From Bacteroidales bacterium (GTDB taxonomy: Bacteria; Bacteroidota; Bacteroidia; Bacteroidales; WCHB1-69), in NCBI GenBank assembly GCA_028693085.1, contig JAQUWC010000003.1, positions 1-62,755 on the forward strand: a stretch of DNA of 62,755 bases. The letters run 5' to 3'. A program made the position numbers and the translations under genes. Below the pieces are notes generated by a model, which was given only the letters and a program-made list of their open reading frames with translations, ran no database searches and had not been told where the DNA came from. Shown in pieces: positions 37,344 through 48,018 of this stretch (its first letter is position 1; each line of letters opens with the position of its first letter).

Positions 37344-38759
37344 ATGAAAAGGAACATTCTTATTAATATAATATGTATAAATATTTTGTGTATTACTTTT
37401 TTTTCATGTAACAAAGATAATATATATGAAAATCCGGACGCAAAATTACGATTTTCGACTTCCTTGGTAAGCTTCGATACTATTTTTACGAGCGTAAGTT
37501 CCATTACCAAACGATTGGTGGTGAAAAATCCTTATAATGCAGATATTAAAACCGATGTATATTTATTAGGAGATCAACATTCTTATTTCAGTATAAATAT
37601 CAATGGGGTATCAGCCAAAAGTTTAAAAGACGTTGAAATACCCGCCAAAGATAGTATTTACATTTTTATTAAAGTGATTATAAATCCCAATCAAACTAAT
37701 TTGCCTATGTTGGTGAGCGATAGTATATTATTCCATACCAACGGAAATAAACAACATGTGGCTTTGTTGGCTTATGGTCAGGATGCACATTTTATTATTG
37801 CAGATAAATGGCTGGGAAATTACATTAATTATAAAGTAGTTGCCGGTGAAGGGGAAACTGTAACATGGACCAACGATAAACCCTATGTTATTTATGGCTA
37901 CGCTGTGGTTGATTCGGTTGGGAAGCTAAACATAGAGGAAGGTACGAAAATTTATTTTCATAAAAAAGGTGGATTATGGGTTTATAAAGGAGGTTGTTTA
38001 CATGTAAATGGAACTCAAAATAATCCCGTAGTATTCCAAGGAGATAGATTAGAACCTTTTTTTGAAGATGATTATGAACAATGGGATAGAATATGGATTA
38101 ACGAAGGGACACAAGATAATATCATCAATTATGCCATTATAAAAAATGCTTTTATTGGTATTCAGGCTGAAGTCCTGGAAAGAGATATGGGCAACCAATT
38201 GGTACTTTCTAATACCGTCATTAAAAAATCATCCGGCATGGGATTTTTAGCGAAGAATTATAAAGTGTATGCATATAATAATGTAATAAGCGATTGCGGA
38301 CAATATGCATTGGCTTTGTTACAAGGAGGAGATTATACATTTATTAATAATACGATATATAATGCCTATCGATTAGGATCACGAGCAACGCCTTCGGTTT
38401 TTCTGAGTAATTATTATATCTTAAACAATACGATGTATCTGGCCGATTTTCGATGTGATCTTATTAATAATATCATATGGGGGAATAATGTGCGGGAGTT
38501 TGCTTGTAGTTACGATAAAGCAGCTGCCTTTAATGCAAATATTGAATACTGTTTGTTGAAATCCGATACAAATTATCCAGCTTATTTTTCTTCTATGCTG
38601 TTTAATAAGAATCCGCAATTTGAAAATCCACAAGAATACGATTTTCAATTGCAAAACACATCCCCCTGTAAAGGTGCCGGGAAAGTTATCCCTGATATAC
38701 TAAACGATATTAAAGGAAATGTACGTAATATACCTCCTTCCATAGGAGCCTACGAGTAA
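37344..38759 (+). CDS. hypothetical lipoprotein, probable beta-helix-containing
   Basis: 471 aa with a lipobox (TFFSC). The central region has repeated N/G/I-rich rungs. No specific family recognised. Confidence 0.6.
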   Translation: MKRNILINIICINILCITFFSCNKDNIYENPDAKLRFSTSLVSFDTIFTSVSSITKRLVVKNPYNADIKTDVYLLGDQHSYFSININGVSAKSLKDVEIPAKDSIYIFIKVIINPNQTNLPMLVSDSILFHTNGNKQHVALLAYGQDAHFIIADKWLGNYINYKVVAGEGETVTWTNDKPYVIYGYAVVDSVGKLNIEEGTKIYFHKKGGLWVYKGGCLHVNGTQNNPVVFQGDRLEPFFEDDYEQWDRIWINEGTQDNIINYAIIKNAFIGIQAEVLERDMGNQLVLSNTVIKKSSGMGFLAKNYKVYAYNNVISDCGQYALALLQGGDYTFINNTIYNAYRLGSRATPSVFLSNYYILNNTMYLADFRCDLINNIIWGNNVREFACSYDKAAAFNANIEYCLLKSDTNYPAYFSSMLFNKNPQFENPQEYDFQLQNTSPCKGAGKVIPDILNDIKGNVRNIPPSIGAYE

Positions 38760-38762
38760 AAT

Positions 38763-39293
38763 ATGCGGATTTATATTATAGGATTTATGGGAAGTGGCAA
38801 GAGCGTTTTTGGTAAACGTTTGGCAGCCTATGCCAACTATGATTTTATGGATTTGGATGTTTGCTTCGAAGCGACTTTTCAGACTACTATCTTTGATTTT
38901 TTTACTACCTATGGGGAAGCAGCATTTCGCAAAAAAGAAACCGCCTTGTTACGCCAGAGCACAGATAAAGATAATATTGTAATTTCATTGGGTGGAGGAA
39001 CACCATGTTATCATAATAATATGAAATGGATACTAGAGAACGGTTTATGTGTTTATTTACAATTATCACCCGAAGTTTTGTATGACCGCTTATTGCAGGC
39101 TAAGCAAAACCGTCCGCTTATCCATGATTTGATTCCAAATGAACTACAGAATTATATTCGAAAGACTTTGACAGAAAGAGAAAAATATTATACACAAGCG
39201 CAATGTATTATTCCTTCTATTAATATAAAATCTCAGACCGTAAAATTACTGTTTCAAAGGATATTAGAAACTGGGAATGATATTTATAAATGA
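38763..39293 (+). CDS. aroK: shikimate kinase
   Basis: 176 aa. It has a Walker A motif (GFMGSGKS), the SLGGGTP motif and a lid region. Confidence 0.9.
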   Translation: MRIYIIGFMGSGKSVFGKRLAAYANYDFMDLDVCFEATFQTTIFDFFTTYGEAAFRKKETALLRQSTDKDNIVISLGGGTPCYHNNMKWILENGLCVYLQLSPEVLYDRLLQAKQNRPLIHDLIPNELQNYIRKTLTEREKYYTQAQCIIPSINIKSQTVKLLFQRILETGNDIYK

Positions 39294-39312
39294 AAAACTT
39301 TATAGATGAAAA

Positions 39313-40164
39313 TTAGTACAAATTATGGTTTATCTTACGGTATTCATTGGGTGACATCCCCACGTTTTTTTTAAAATATTGAAAGAATAGAAACTGGGAA
39401 GAAAAACCAAACATTTCGGCAATTTCTTTCATCCGTATGGATTGATTTCTTAATGTTTTTTTTATCTCCGTTATTAATAAATAGTCTATCCATTCTTTGG
39501 CTGTTCTATTTCCCATGTTTTTTTTTATGACCCTGTTCAAATGATTAGGAGTTATACATAGTTTGTTTGCATAAAAATTAACATCTTTTCTTTCCTTCAT
39601 ATGTTTTTTTACCAATAATAAGAAATTGTTAACTGTTTCGTTTTTATCGCTTATCATATTGTATTGATGATGTAAAAAATTACACAATTCATAGTAAATA
39701 TTGTGTAAAATATTCAGAATGATATGATGGTAAAATATAGTATTTTTATTTTTTATTTTATCTTTTAAAAGTGAAAATAATACTTCCAATGAATCAACTA
39801 AATTCTTATTGAGGCTAATCAGGCTTTTGTCTTTCCAATAAAGAAAAAATAAAAAGGGAATATTAATACTAAGGGACTCTAAATAAAATATAGAATAAGT
39901 GAGTTGCATGCAACAAAAATCGTTGCTGGATGCAGTAACATTTGCCTTTTGATATGGAAATATACATATGCTTTTATTCGAAGTCATCGTATAAAACATG
40001 CCATCAATTTCGAATGTTGCTTTCCCTTGTGTACAGATTATAAGTATAACATATTTAGTGATTCCCGATTTGGTATGAAATGGTAAAGCTTGTTTACTCT
40101 TTAATTGTACATCAATGTGTTTTATTTCAATATCGTTAAAGGAAAAAGGTAAATTTCCTGGCAT
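39313..40164 (-). CDS. AraC family transcriptional regulator
   Basis: 283 aa. The C-terminal HTH_18 region reads VNFYANKLCITPNHLNRVIKK...IAEMFGFSSQFLFFQYFKKNVGMSPNEYR. The gene is divergent from giant gene 2. Confidence 0.85.
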   Translation of the reverse strand: MPGNLPFSFNDIEIKHIDVQLKSKQALPFHTKSGITKYVILIICTQGKATFEIDGMFYTMTSNKSICIFPYQKANVTASSNDFCCMQLTYSIFYLESLSINIPFLFFLYWKDKSLISLNKNLVDSLEVLFSLLKDKIKNKNTIFYHHIILNILHNIYYELCNFLHHQYNMISDKNETVNNFLLLVKKHMKERKDVNFYANKLCITPNHLNRVIKKNMGNRTAKEWIDYLLITEIKKTLRNQSIRMKEIAEMFGFSSQFLFFQYFKKNVGMSPNEYRKINHNLY

Positions 40165-40242
40165 TATGTTAATTTAGTTTTTATAAAAAAAAGTTATTTG
40201 ATGAAAAATTATAATTAAAATAGTAATAAAATCAATATATTG

Positions 40243-40311
40243 AATGTCAAATAAAATACAGCACAAAAATAAAGAAAAAACTATGCGATAAAAAATAATG
40301 TCAAAATAAAT
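40243..40311 (+). promoter_or_regulatory. direct repeat AATGTCAAA(t/a)AAA(a)T x2, spaced 54 bp, in the AraC / giant gene 2 intergenic region
   Basis: The copies are at 40243-40257 (aatgtcaaataaaat) and 40297-40311 (aatgtcaaaataaat). The identical 9-mer core is one of the few G/C-containing words in this AT-rich spacer. Confidence 0.35.
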
Positions 40312-40356
40312 ATAATTAATGCATGGAAATATATAAAATCATAAAATCATTGTAAA

Positions 40357-40364
40357 TACTTTTG
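40357..40364 (+). promoter_or_regulatory. candidate -7 box TACTTTTG for giant gene 2
   Basis: It matches TAnnTTTG and lies 22 nt upstream of the first ATG (40386). Later in-frame ATGs are at 40419 and 40425, the latter being MRKFIVLF, where the signal peptide begins. Confidence 0.5.
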
Positions 40365-40385
40365 CCTTGACAAATAAATCAGAAA

Positions 40386-43300
40386 ATGGAAAATAAAATA
40401 AAGTATTTAATAAAAAAAATGACAATGAGAAAATTTATTGTTTTATTCAGTCTGATGCTAACGGTATGGGGGGGATATTCCCAATACACGACTGTAGCAA
40501 ATGAAACTTTTGGTAGCATTCCTGCCGGATGGTCAGTAACACCAGCCGGAAGTTGGACTTTGGAGAATCATTTATATGTAAGTGATTCCACTTCTGTTTT
40601 GGGCTATGTCCCCAATTCACAGGGTGATTCAGCGGTATTGATTTCTCCTTTTTATGATTTTCAAAATTATTCATTTATTTTACTTCGCTTTAATCACATC
40701 TGTAAAGTAGCTTCAAGCGATATTTGTAAAATTTATGTTCAAGAAAATCATACAGGAGCCAAATGGACGGAAATTCCTTCCTCCTGTTATCAAGGCTTAG
40801 ATAAGTCGGCCTACCAACAAAGTCGATTTAGTCAATTGAGTTATGCTACATGGATGCCCAATGACTCCTTAGCCATTCCTACCAATGGGTGGTGGAAAAC
40901 GGAATCTTTTGATGTTTCCAATGAAGTTTCCTATGCGCAAGTTCGTTTTAAATTTGTTATTACCCGTGGAAGTGGTATTGCCACACAATTTGCCTACGGT
41001 TGGTTAATCGATGATTTTGAATTGATAGCTTCCCAATACGAAATCAAACCTCCCATTATAGAGGATTTGTCGATGTTAGGAGATACCGTATATAATACAG
41101 GTCCGTTTAATATAAAAGTGAGAATCCTTCCTCAAACCATGCACGGAATCGTTAAACCTGTTTATTTGACGCTAAAATATGAACATCCAAATTTAACTAC
41201 AATCTATGATACTATTCCCATGACTATGTTAGCCGGCGATACGATGTTCTTAGCTACCATTCCTCAAAAAATAGCAGGAACAACGGTTTCTTATCAAGTA
41301 TATGCGTATGATACCGTAGGAAATGATGCCTCTATACGATCGAGTTTCTATGTGAAACGAGCCGGTGGAGGAGGAGTAACTGGCTATGTAATTGTGGGAA
41401 ATGGTACGGTAACAGAAAGTTATATTCCCTTTTATCGATTTTATGATTACAGTTGGTCTAGGGCATTATATTTAGCAAATGAATTGAGTATTAATTCTGG
41501 TGGAGGATTAATCAGCCATATTGCTTATAATGTATCCTCTGCCGGAGCCTCTGCACCTAATCAATTTTGCTATTTTAAAGCAGTAGATGATGTAAATATA
41601 TCAAATACCAATTACCTTGATCCCATCGCTGATGGGGCTACTTTGGTATGGACGGGATCCTTTAATCCTGTACTTGGATGGAACGATATAACTTTAGATC
41701 ATAATTTCTTATTACCTCCGGGGAAAAATTTATTGGTTTATTGGTCAAATCATGCCGATAATTATACTACCTCTACTACTTTTTTTGCTACTTCCACATC
41801 TCCTATTTATTTGGCCGTATATAAATATCAAGACGGGAGTTTTCCTGCAGTTTCCGGTACTTTATATTATAATAGACCTAATACGAGATTTAATATTATA
41901 AGTGGAACAGATGATACGAACTCCGTCGGTTTGTATGATGTTCTCTCTCCTTTAGATAGTGTGGTAGCTGCTCCGGGTCATCAAGTGCCGGTAGTGGTTG
42001 AAATAAAAAATAAAGGAATAGGTGATTTAGATTCCTGCGACATCAATTGGTCCTTAAACGGTGTGCTGCAACCTACATATGCATGGAAAGGATATTTGCC
42101 TTGGGATTTTAATGGGATTGATACCATCGGTTGGTATACTCCTTCGGTAAATTTATACGATACGTTAGTGATTTGGGTTAGCAATCCTAACGGACAATAT
42201 GACTCTACCACCTATGATGATACCTTAATGCTTGTTTCATTCGGAGTTACCGGATTAAATATGGCATATGTATCTTATCTCACAGATACAGTTTATAATA
42301 CAGGTCCTTTTGATATACAAGCCGTCATATCGTCTCGTACCGGAATACCGGTGCCAACACCTATATATTTACATGTTACCTATCTATACGATAGTGTAAC
42401 TACTTATGACACTATTTTAATGAATTATACCTTAAACGATACCTTTGTGGCTCGCATTCCTCAGCATGTGTTTGGTACCGACATTTCTTATTCAGTAACG
42501 ATTCAAGATGCTGTAGGTAATTTAGTAAGCATTACCGACGGTTTTTATGTCAAACGTATGGCAGGTGGTAGTAGTACAGGCTATGTGATTGTAGGTACAG
42601 GAACTAATACCCAGACATATGCCCCCTTTTATAAATGGTATGATTACAGTTGGTCTCGAATGCTATATTTAGCTTCCGAATTGAGTCCGACTTCAGGAGG
42701 GGGTATGATTACCAAATTAGCTTGGCATGTATCAACAACCGGTACCTCCGCCAATAATCAAACGTGTTATTTTAAGGAAGTTACAGATATTGATATTTCA
42801 AATTCAACATATGTAGATCCTCTCACTAGTGGAGCAACCTTGGTATGGTCGGGTACGTTTAATCCCAGCTCAACCGGATGGATAGAAATTACATTGGATA
42901 ATTCCTTTATCCTTACTCCTAATAAAAATTTATTGATATTTTGGGAAAACAGAGATGGAAATTATGCTTCACCATATGCGGATTGGACTTCTACCTCAAC
43001 ATCCCCAACATATATGACGGTATATGACTATCAAGATGCCTCCTTCCCGACAAGCAGCGGAAGCTTACAATACGATCGTCCCAATGCACGTTTTTATCTG
43101 ATTGGCAATGAGGAAGATTCTAATTCAGTTGCTTTGTATTCCATTGATTATCCTATCGGTAGTGTTTTAGCAACGCCAAACGGAGATAGTGTGGGTGTTA
43201 AAGTCAGTATTAAAAACAAGGGACTGAAAAATTTAACGTCTTGTAATATCAGTTGGGCTTTAAATGGCGTATTCAAAGGAAGCAAACAATGGACAGGTAA

Positions 43301-46300
43301 TTTAACCGAAGATTTTAACGATACCATAACCATTGGTTATTATATGCCCAGAGCTTGTATGACCGATGAAATAGTCGCATGGGTGAGTATGCCCAATGGA
43401 GTAACAGACTCGACTACCTATGATGATACATTAAGTATTTCTGTTTATGGTGAAGCGGCTGTTATTGCTACTTTATCCGGACCTATGGATACCGTTTATT
43501 CTACAGGACCCTATGCTATTAATGCTAAATTGATTTCCTTGACCTCCTTAGCCATTGATACAAATGTGCAATTATACGTTTCCTATACTTATTCAGGAAA
43601 TACGGTGTACGATACTATTACGATGCAAAACAATGGAACGGATTCTATTTTTACTACTATTTTAAGTCAACAAGCTTACGGTTCTTATGTAACGTATCTT
43701 ATTACAGTAACAGATAGTTTAGGGAATTATATAAGCGTTGATAAATGGTTTTATGTAAAAAGACCCAATATATATAATGTACCTGATCCGGATTCAGTGT
43801 TAGTAACTCAACCTTTAAATGGTGGTGTGTTTGTGATTCCTTTCGATTGTCGTTTGCCTATTAGCTGGTCACGAGTTATTTATACTAAAAATGAATTGGG
43901 TATTTCAGATACAGGTGCTGTGTTGAATTGGATAGCCTGGCAAGCCTACAACTCGTCATCCTATGTATATGCTACTACCCGTACAAATGTTTCTGTTTAT
44001 CTCAAAGACATTGATGATACGGAAATTTCTATAACAGATCCTAATTATATTGATCCGGTTTTAGATGGTGCTACCTTGGTTTTCAACGGTACGATGCATC
44101 TTTCCGGAGTGTTATCAGCTTGGGAGAAAGTAGAATTTATTTCCCCATTTTTTGTACCTGCTAATAAAAATATAAAGGTCTATGTGATTGATCAACACGG
44201 AACGGGTGGAAATACATTTGCTTGGACCTATTATCAGGGTTCCGGAAATACGGTATATGGAGGTGCTATGACTACAGGAACATTAAATACCTATAAACCC
44301 TGGACATCTTTTGGCTTTACGTGTTGGCCTACCGATAGTGATGGCGTTGCTGCTTATGCATTAACTTCTCCTGCATCAACGGTACAAGCAGGAATCCAAT
44401 CTCAAGTTACAGCGGTCATTAAAAACAAAGGATGGAATAATTTAACTTCTTGTGATATTGATTGGACAGTGAATGGAGTTGCTCAAACAACTTATCATTG
44501 GACAGGTGATTTATTTGAAGATTTTGTAGATACAGTTACCTTAGGAAGTTATTTGCCTAATCCGGCAAATTATGATGAAATAGTAGTTTGGGTAAGTAAT
44601 CCTAATGGCAAAGCAGATGTGTCGAATAATGATGACACGCTTAAATTAAGTGTTTATGCACAAGCTGCTTTGATAGCCGAATATATTAGTCCAACACCCA
44701 GTGATACGATTTACCAAACCGGACCCTTTGAAATTGTGGCTCATATCAAATCTTTGACATCCGTATCTATTGCTACGCCCATTATGTATCTAAGCTATAC
44801 TTATAATAATGTTACAACCTATGATACGGTAACAATGACAACCCTCATATTGGATTCATTGTACAAAGTAGATATTGCACAACAACCTTTTGGAACTTAT
44901 GTTACCTATTCCGTATCCCTGACCGACAGTTTAGGGAATGTTGTAACCATAGCGGATTGGTTTTATATCAAACGTTTATCTGGAGGAGCAAATACAGAAT
45001 ATGTTATAGTTGGAACTGCAACAACAACAGCATACATGCTTCCCATGGATATGTTTTATAATTATAGTTGGACCCGTCAATTATATTTAGCCAATGAATT
45101 GAGTCCTTCTTCAAGTGGAGGTTTGATTACGAAATTAGCCTGGCAATATGCTTATGGAACACCCTATACCTATTCCAATCAGTTGTGCTATATGGAAGCC
45201 GTCGATGCATCGGTAACAAGCATTACTTCTAATGCATATGTTAATCCCGCCAGTGTTAATGCGTCTTTGGTATGGAGCGGAACCATTAGTCTATCTCAAG
45301 GTTGGGTAGAAATAACCTTAGATCAGCCGTTTATGTTGCCTCCGGGGAAAAATTTAATCGTACATTGGCACCATAACAATGGATCTTATGCCGGATCAGC
45401 TTATGTGTTTAATTATACTGCAACTTCTAATAATACTGCAGTGTATTGTCGATCGGATGGTGGTTTCCCTTCCGGAAATACAGGAACGTTAACAACCAAT
45501 CGACCGAATGCACGTTTCTATATTATAGGTGGAGGAAATGATACCAATTCAGTGGGCTTTGTAAATGTGTTATCCCCTGTAGATACTATACCGGCATATC
45601 AAAGTATACCGATACAGGTGGTGATTAAAAATAAGGGTTTACACAATTTAATGTCCTGTAATATTGATTGGACATTGAATGGAGTATCACAACCAACCTA
45701 TAATTGGACAGGTAATTTAATGGAAGATTTTACCGATACCGTAATATTGGATTATTTTACTCCCATTCAGGATAAAGATTATGAGTTTACTTTCCGTGTG
45801 AGTATGCCAAGCAATGCATATGATTCAACGACTTATGATGATACTTTGTCGTGTGTTAGCTTTGCACAATACGATGGATATAATCTTTCGATGGATAAAT
45901 TTATATCTCCTTTTAATAATGCCTATGAAGTATGTTATAATAAAACAGCAGAAGTTAAAATACGTTTAAAGAATACAGGGAACTATGCCATTTTATTATC
46001 GAATAATCCGCTTACACTATATTATAATGTAAGTGGACCCGTAAATTTCCAAACATACCGCGTGATTACACAAGGGGTAATACCGGTAGGCACACGTGAT
46101 TTCGTAGTGGATTCCTTATTGGATATCTTATTTCCAGGCACTTATCACATAGAAGTGATTTCGCAATGCGGCTTAGATACGATTACCTTCGATGATACAT
46201 TGCGAATGCAATATGAAGTAAAACGTATCTTATTGCCTTATGATAATGATTTTAGTGCAACCCTGACAGATATTGATTTTAACTCAACATCAGATACTGT

Positions 46301-47975
46301 CTTCTGGGAGCAAGATTTACAACCGGATATTATTCCGGTATATGGAAACGCAACCTTGCATTTTAATTCCGATTTATCGGAAGGTGAATCGGCCAATGCA
46401 GTCTTACATGCATTCGATCTCCAAGGTTGCTTGATGCCAACACTTGAATTTTGGTTTGCTCATGATAATACAAATCCAAGCGATTCAGATAAGGTAGTGG
46501 TGAAAATATCCACAAATGGTGGGAATACTTATTATCCCATAGCTACTGTTTATCGCTATAATGCTTTGTTTACAACACCGGGATGGCAACACTATGAAAT
46601 CGATTTGTCCGCGTATAGTTCCGAATCTTGTGTGAAGATAGCCTTTGAAGCCCATAGCGAAGGAGGAGGAGATATGTCGATAGATCGTATATTGATATCT
46701 GCCGAACAAGAAATGAGTGTTGAACTCATAATACCTCAACTTAAAGATATGGTAGCATGCGATTTGGATCAAAAAGAAATCAAAGTTCGGATAACAAATA
46801 ATACCATCACTCCCGTTGATTTTGATCAACAACTATCCTTGTTAACGCTTGAGGCTTCTGGTGCGCAAACGGCAACTTATGTAGATACTCTAAGCGGCCA
46901 AATTCCTGCCTATACAAGCAGTGAGTTTATCATCGACAATCAATTCGACTTTACATTAGCAGGAATCTACGATTTTAAGGCTTATATCAACCATATTGAT
47001 GTAAATACACTCAATGATACATCCATTGCCGGCATCACCATTATGCCTGATGTTAGTTTAGTGTCAATTGATAGTATTGGTGAAAAAGCCATCAATCAAT
47101 CCGTTTATTTGAGTGTAGAAATCAGTAATACAGGTAATATTGCCATTCAGCAAATTCCATTACATCTTCAAATTGATGGTGTTGTTGATGTTTACGATAC
47201 AGCCGATGTGCTATTAGCTGCTGGTGAAGATACTGTTTATACCTTGAAAAATGCCTATAAGGTTCCTATTGAACCTACCTATCAGTTGATGATAGCCGCT
47301 GATTTGGATTGTGATATAGATGCTTTCAATGATAGCTTAAACATGGAAGGAAAAGTTAGTAAACCTACATTGAAAGTGACTAATATATTGAAACCTAATA
47401 AAGATGTTTGTGATAAAGGGTTAACCGAAATATTCCCGCAAATAAGCATTCACAACAGCGGAAATCCTGAAACCGACGTGGTGGTGTATTTTATCGCTGA
47501 TAAAAACGACAGCTTGATTGCATCATTCGTAGATACCGTCGCTTTGATTACAAACGGAAACAATAATTATAATTTTAAAGAATCTTATTTTGTGCCCAAC
47601 TGGGAAACCAATACTACCTATAATGTAAAAGCCTATATTTATTCTCCGACCTATGCCTTAGTACAAACGGCATGTGTGATTTTCAATGATGTGTCGATTG
47701 CCCTTGCAGATGAAACATCTTTGAATCTCGGACAAAATATACCCAATCCGGCGCAATCAACAACGAGTATTCCTTTTTATATTCCTTTAGAAGGTAATGT
47801 GTTGTTTACCATTACGTCCGTTAGTGGTCAAACATTATATACTGAAAACTTAGAGGTTACCGCAGGAAGTCATATGCTTGAAATCAACATAGATATGTTG
47901 GCAAATGGTATTTATTATTATAGTATGCAATACAAAGGTCAACGATTGATTAAGAAAATGACCATTCAAAAATAA
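40386..47975 (+). CDS. giant T9SS-secreted modular surface protein, paralog 2 (2529 aa)
   Basis: It has a signal peptide (MRKFIVLFSLMLTVWGGYSQ). The N-terminal jelly-roll domain is homologous to that of paralog 1 (FNHICKV, GWLIDDF). It is followed by 4 tandem tri-domain modules, the shared C-terminal cassette and a type A CTD. The true start may be at 40419 or 40425. Confidence 0.92.
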   Translation: MENKIKYLIKKMTMRKFIVLFSLMLTVWGGYSQYTTVANETFGSIPAGWSVTPAGSWTLENHLYVSDSTSVLGYVPNSQGDSAVLISPFYDFQNYSFILLRFNHICKVASSDICKIYVQENHTGAKWTEIPSSCYQGLDKSAYQQSRFSQLSYATWMPNDSLAIPTNGWWKTESFDVSNEVSYAQVRFKFVITRGSGIATQFAYGWLIDDFELIASQYEIKPPIIEDLSMLGDTVYNTGPFNIKVRILPQTMHGIVKPVYLTLKYEHPNLTTIYDTIPMTMLAGDTMFLATIPQKIAGTTVSYQVYAYDTVGNDASIRSSFYVKRAGGGGVTGYVIVGNGTVTESYIPFYRFYDYSWSRALYLANELSINSGGGLISHIAYNVSSAGASAPNQFCYFKAVDDVNISNTNYLDPIADGATLVWTGSFNPVLGWNDITLDHNFLLPPGKNLLVYWSNHADNYTTSTTFFATSTSPIYLAVYKYQDGSFPAVSGTLYYNRPNTRFNIISGTDDTNSVGLYDVLSPLDSVVAAPGHQVPVVVEIKNKGIGDLDSCDINWSLNGVLQPTYAWKGYLPWDFNGIDTIGWYTPSVNLYDTLVIWVSNPNGQYDSTTYDDTLMLVSFGVTGLNMAYVSYLTDTVYNTGPFDIQAVISSRTGIPVPTPIYLHVTYLYDSVTTYDTILMNYTLNDTFVARIPQHVFGTDISYSVTIQDAVGNLVSITDGFYVKRMAGGSSTGYVIVGTGTNTQTYAPFYKWYDYSWSRMLYLASELSPTSGGGMITKLAWHVSTTGTSANNQTCYFKEVTDIDISNSTYVDPLTSGATLVWSGTFNPSSTGWIEITLDNSFILTPNKNLLIFWENRDGNYASPYADWTSTSTSPTYMTVYDYQDASFPTSSGSLQYDRPNARFYLIGNEEDSNSVALYSIDYPIGSVLATPNGDSVGVKVSIKNKGLKNLTSCNISWALNGVFKGSKQWTGNLTEDFNDTITIGYYMPRACMTDEIVAWVSMPNGVTDSTTYDDTLSISVYGEAAVIATLSGPMDTVYSTGPYAINAKLISLTSLAIDTNVQLYVSYTYSGNTVYDTITMQNNGTDSIFTTILSQQAYGSYVTYLITVTDSLGNYISVDKWFYVKRPNIYNVPDPDSVLVTQPLNGGVFVIPFDCRLPISWSRVIYTKNELGISDTGAVLNWIAWQAYNSSSYVYATTRTNVSVYLKDIDDTEISITDPNYIDPVLDGATLVFNGTMHLSGVLSAWEKVEFISPFFVPANKNIKVYVIDQHGTGGNTFAWTYYQGSGNTVYGGAMTTGTLNTYKPWTSFGFTCWPTDSDGVAAYALTSPASTVQAGIQSQVTAVIKNKGWNNLTSCDIDWTVNGVAQTTYHWTGDLFEDFVDTVTLGSYLPNPANYDEIVVWVSNPNGKADVSNNDDTLKLSVYAQAALIAEYISPTPSDTIYQTGPFEIVAHIKSLTSVSIATPIMYLSYTYNNVTTYDTVTMTTLILDSLYKVDIAQQPFGTYVTYSVSLTDSLGNVVTIADWFYIKRLSGGANTEYVIVGTATTTAYMLPMDMFYNYSWTRQLYLANELSPSSSGGLITKLAWQYAYGTPYTYSNQLCYMEAVDASVTSITSNAYVNPASVNASLVWSGTISLSQGWVEITLDQPFMLPPGKNLIVHWHHNNGSYAGSAYVFNYTATSNNTAVYCRSDGGFPSGNTGTLTTNRPNARFYIIGGGNDTNSVGFVNVLSPVDTIPAYQSIPIQVVIKNKGLHNLMSCNIDWTLNGVSQPTYNWTGNLMEDFTDTVILDYFTPIQDKDYEFTFRVSMPSNAYDSTTYDDTLSCVSFAQYDGYNLSMDKFISPFNNAYEVCYNKTAEVKIRLKNTGNYAILLSNNPLTLYYNVSGPVNFQTYRVITQGVIPVGTRDFVVDSLLDILFPGTYHIEVISQCGLDTITFDDTLRMQYEVKRILLPYDNDFSATLTDIDFNSTSDTVFWEQDLQPDIIPVYGNATLHFNSDLSEGESANAVLHAFDLQGCLMPTLEFWFAHDNTNPSDSDKVVVKISTNGGNTYYPIATVYRYNALFTTPGWQHYEIDLSAYSSESCVKIAFEAHSEGGGDMSIDRILISAEQEMSVELIIPQLKDMVACDLDQKEIKVRITNNTITPVDFDQQLSLLTLEASGAQTATYVDTLSGQIPAYTSSEFIIDNQFDFTLAGIYDFKAYINHIDVNTLNDTSIAGITIMPDVSLVSIDSIGEKAINQSVYLSVEISNTGNIAIQQIPLHLQIDGVVDVYDTADVLLAAGEDTVYTLKNAYKVPIEPTYQLMIAADLDCDIDAFNDSLNMEGKVSKPTLKVTNILKPNKDVCDKGLTEIFPQISIHNSGNPETDVVVYFIADKNDSLIASFVDTVALITNGNNNYNFKESYFVPNWETNTTYNVKAYIYSPTYALVQTACVIFNDVSIALADETSLNLGQNIPNPAQSTTSIPFYIPLEGNVLFTITSVSGQTLYTENLEVTAGSHMLEINIDMLANGIYYYSMQYKGQRLIKKMTIQK
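41040..45870 (+). repeat. 4 in-frame tandem ~1.2-kb coding modules (Ig-like + GTGT/YSWSR domain + CARDB-like)
   Basis: The equivalent Asp codons of the DT(V/I)Y(N/S/Q)TGP(F/Y) motif are at 41082, 42285, 43488 and 44703, giving periods of 1203, 1203 and 1215 nt. The copies are diverged and share motifs such as FYVKR, YVIVGTGT, YSWSR.LYLA.EL and RPNARFY. Confidence 0.85.
47724..47972 (+). other. T9SS type A C-terminal sorting domain of paralog 2
   Basis: The sequence is NLGQNIPNPAQSTTSIPFYIP...GIYYYSMQYKGQRLIKKMTIQK. Confidence 0.85.
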
Positions 47976-47987
47976 AAATGTAAAAAA

Positions 47988-48018
47988 GTGAGGGTTTCAT
48001 TTTGAAACCTTCACTTTT
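47988..48018 (+). terminator. Rho-independent terminator between giant genes 2 and 3
   Basis: The sequence gtgagggtttc-atttt-gaaaccttcac forms an 11-bp stem with one G-U pair and is followed by tttt. Confidence 0.7.
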
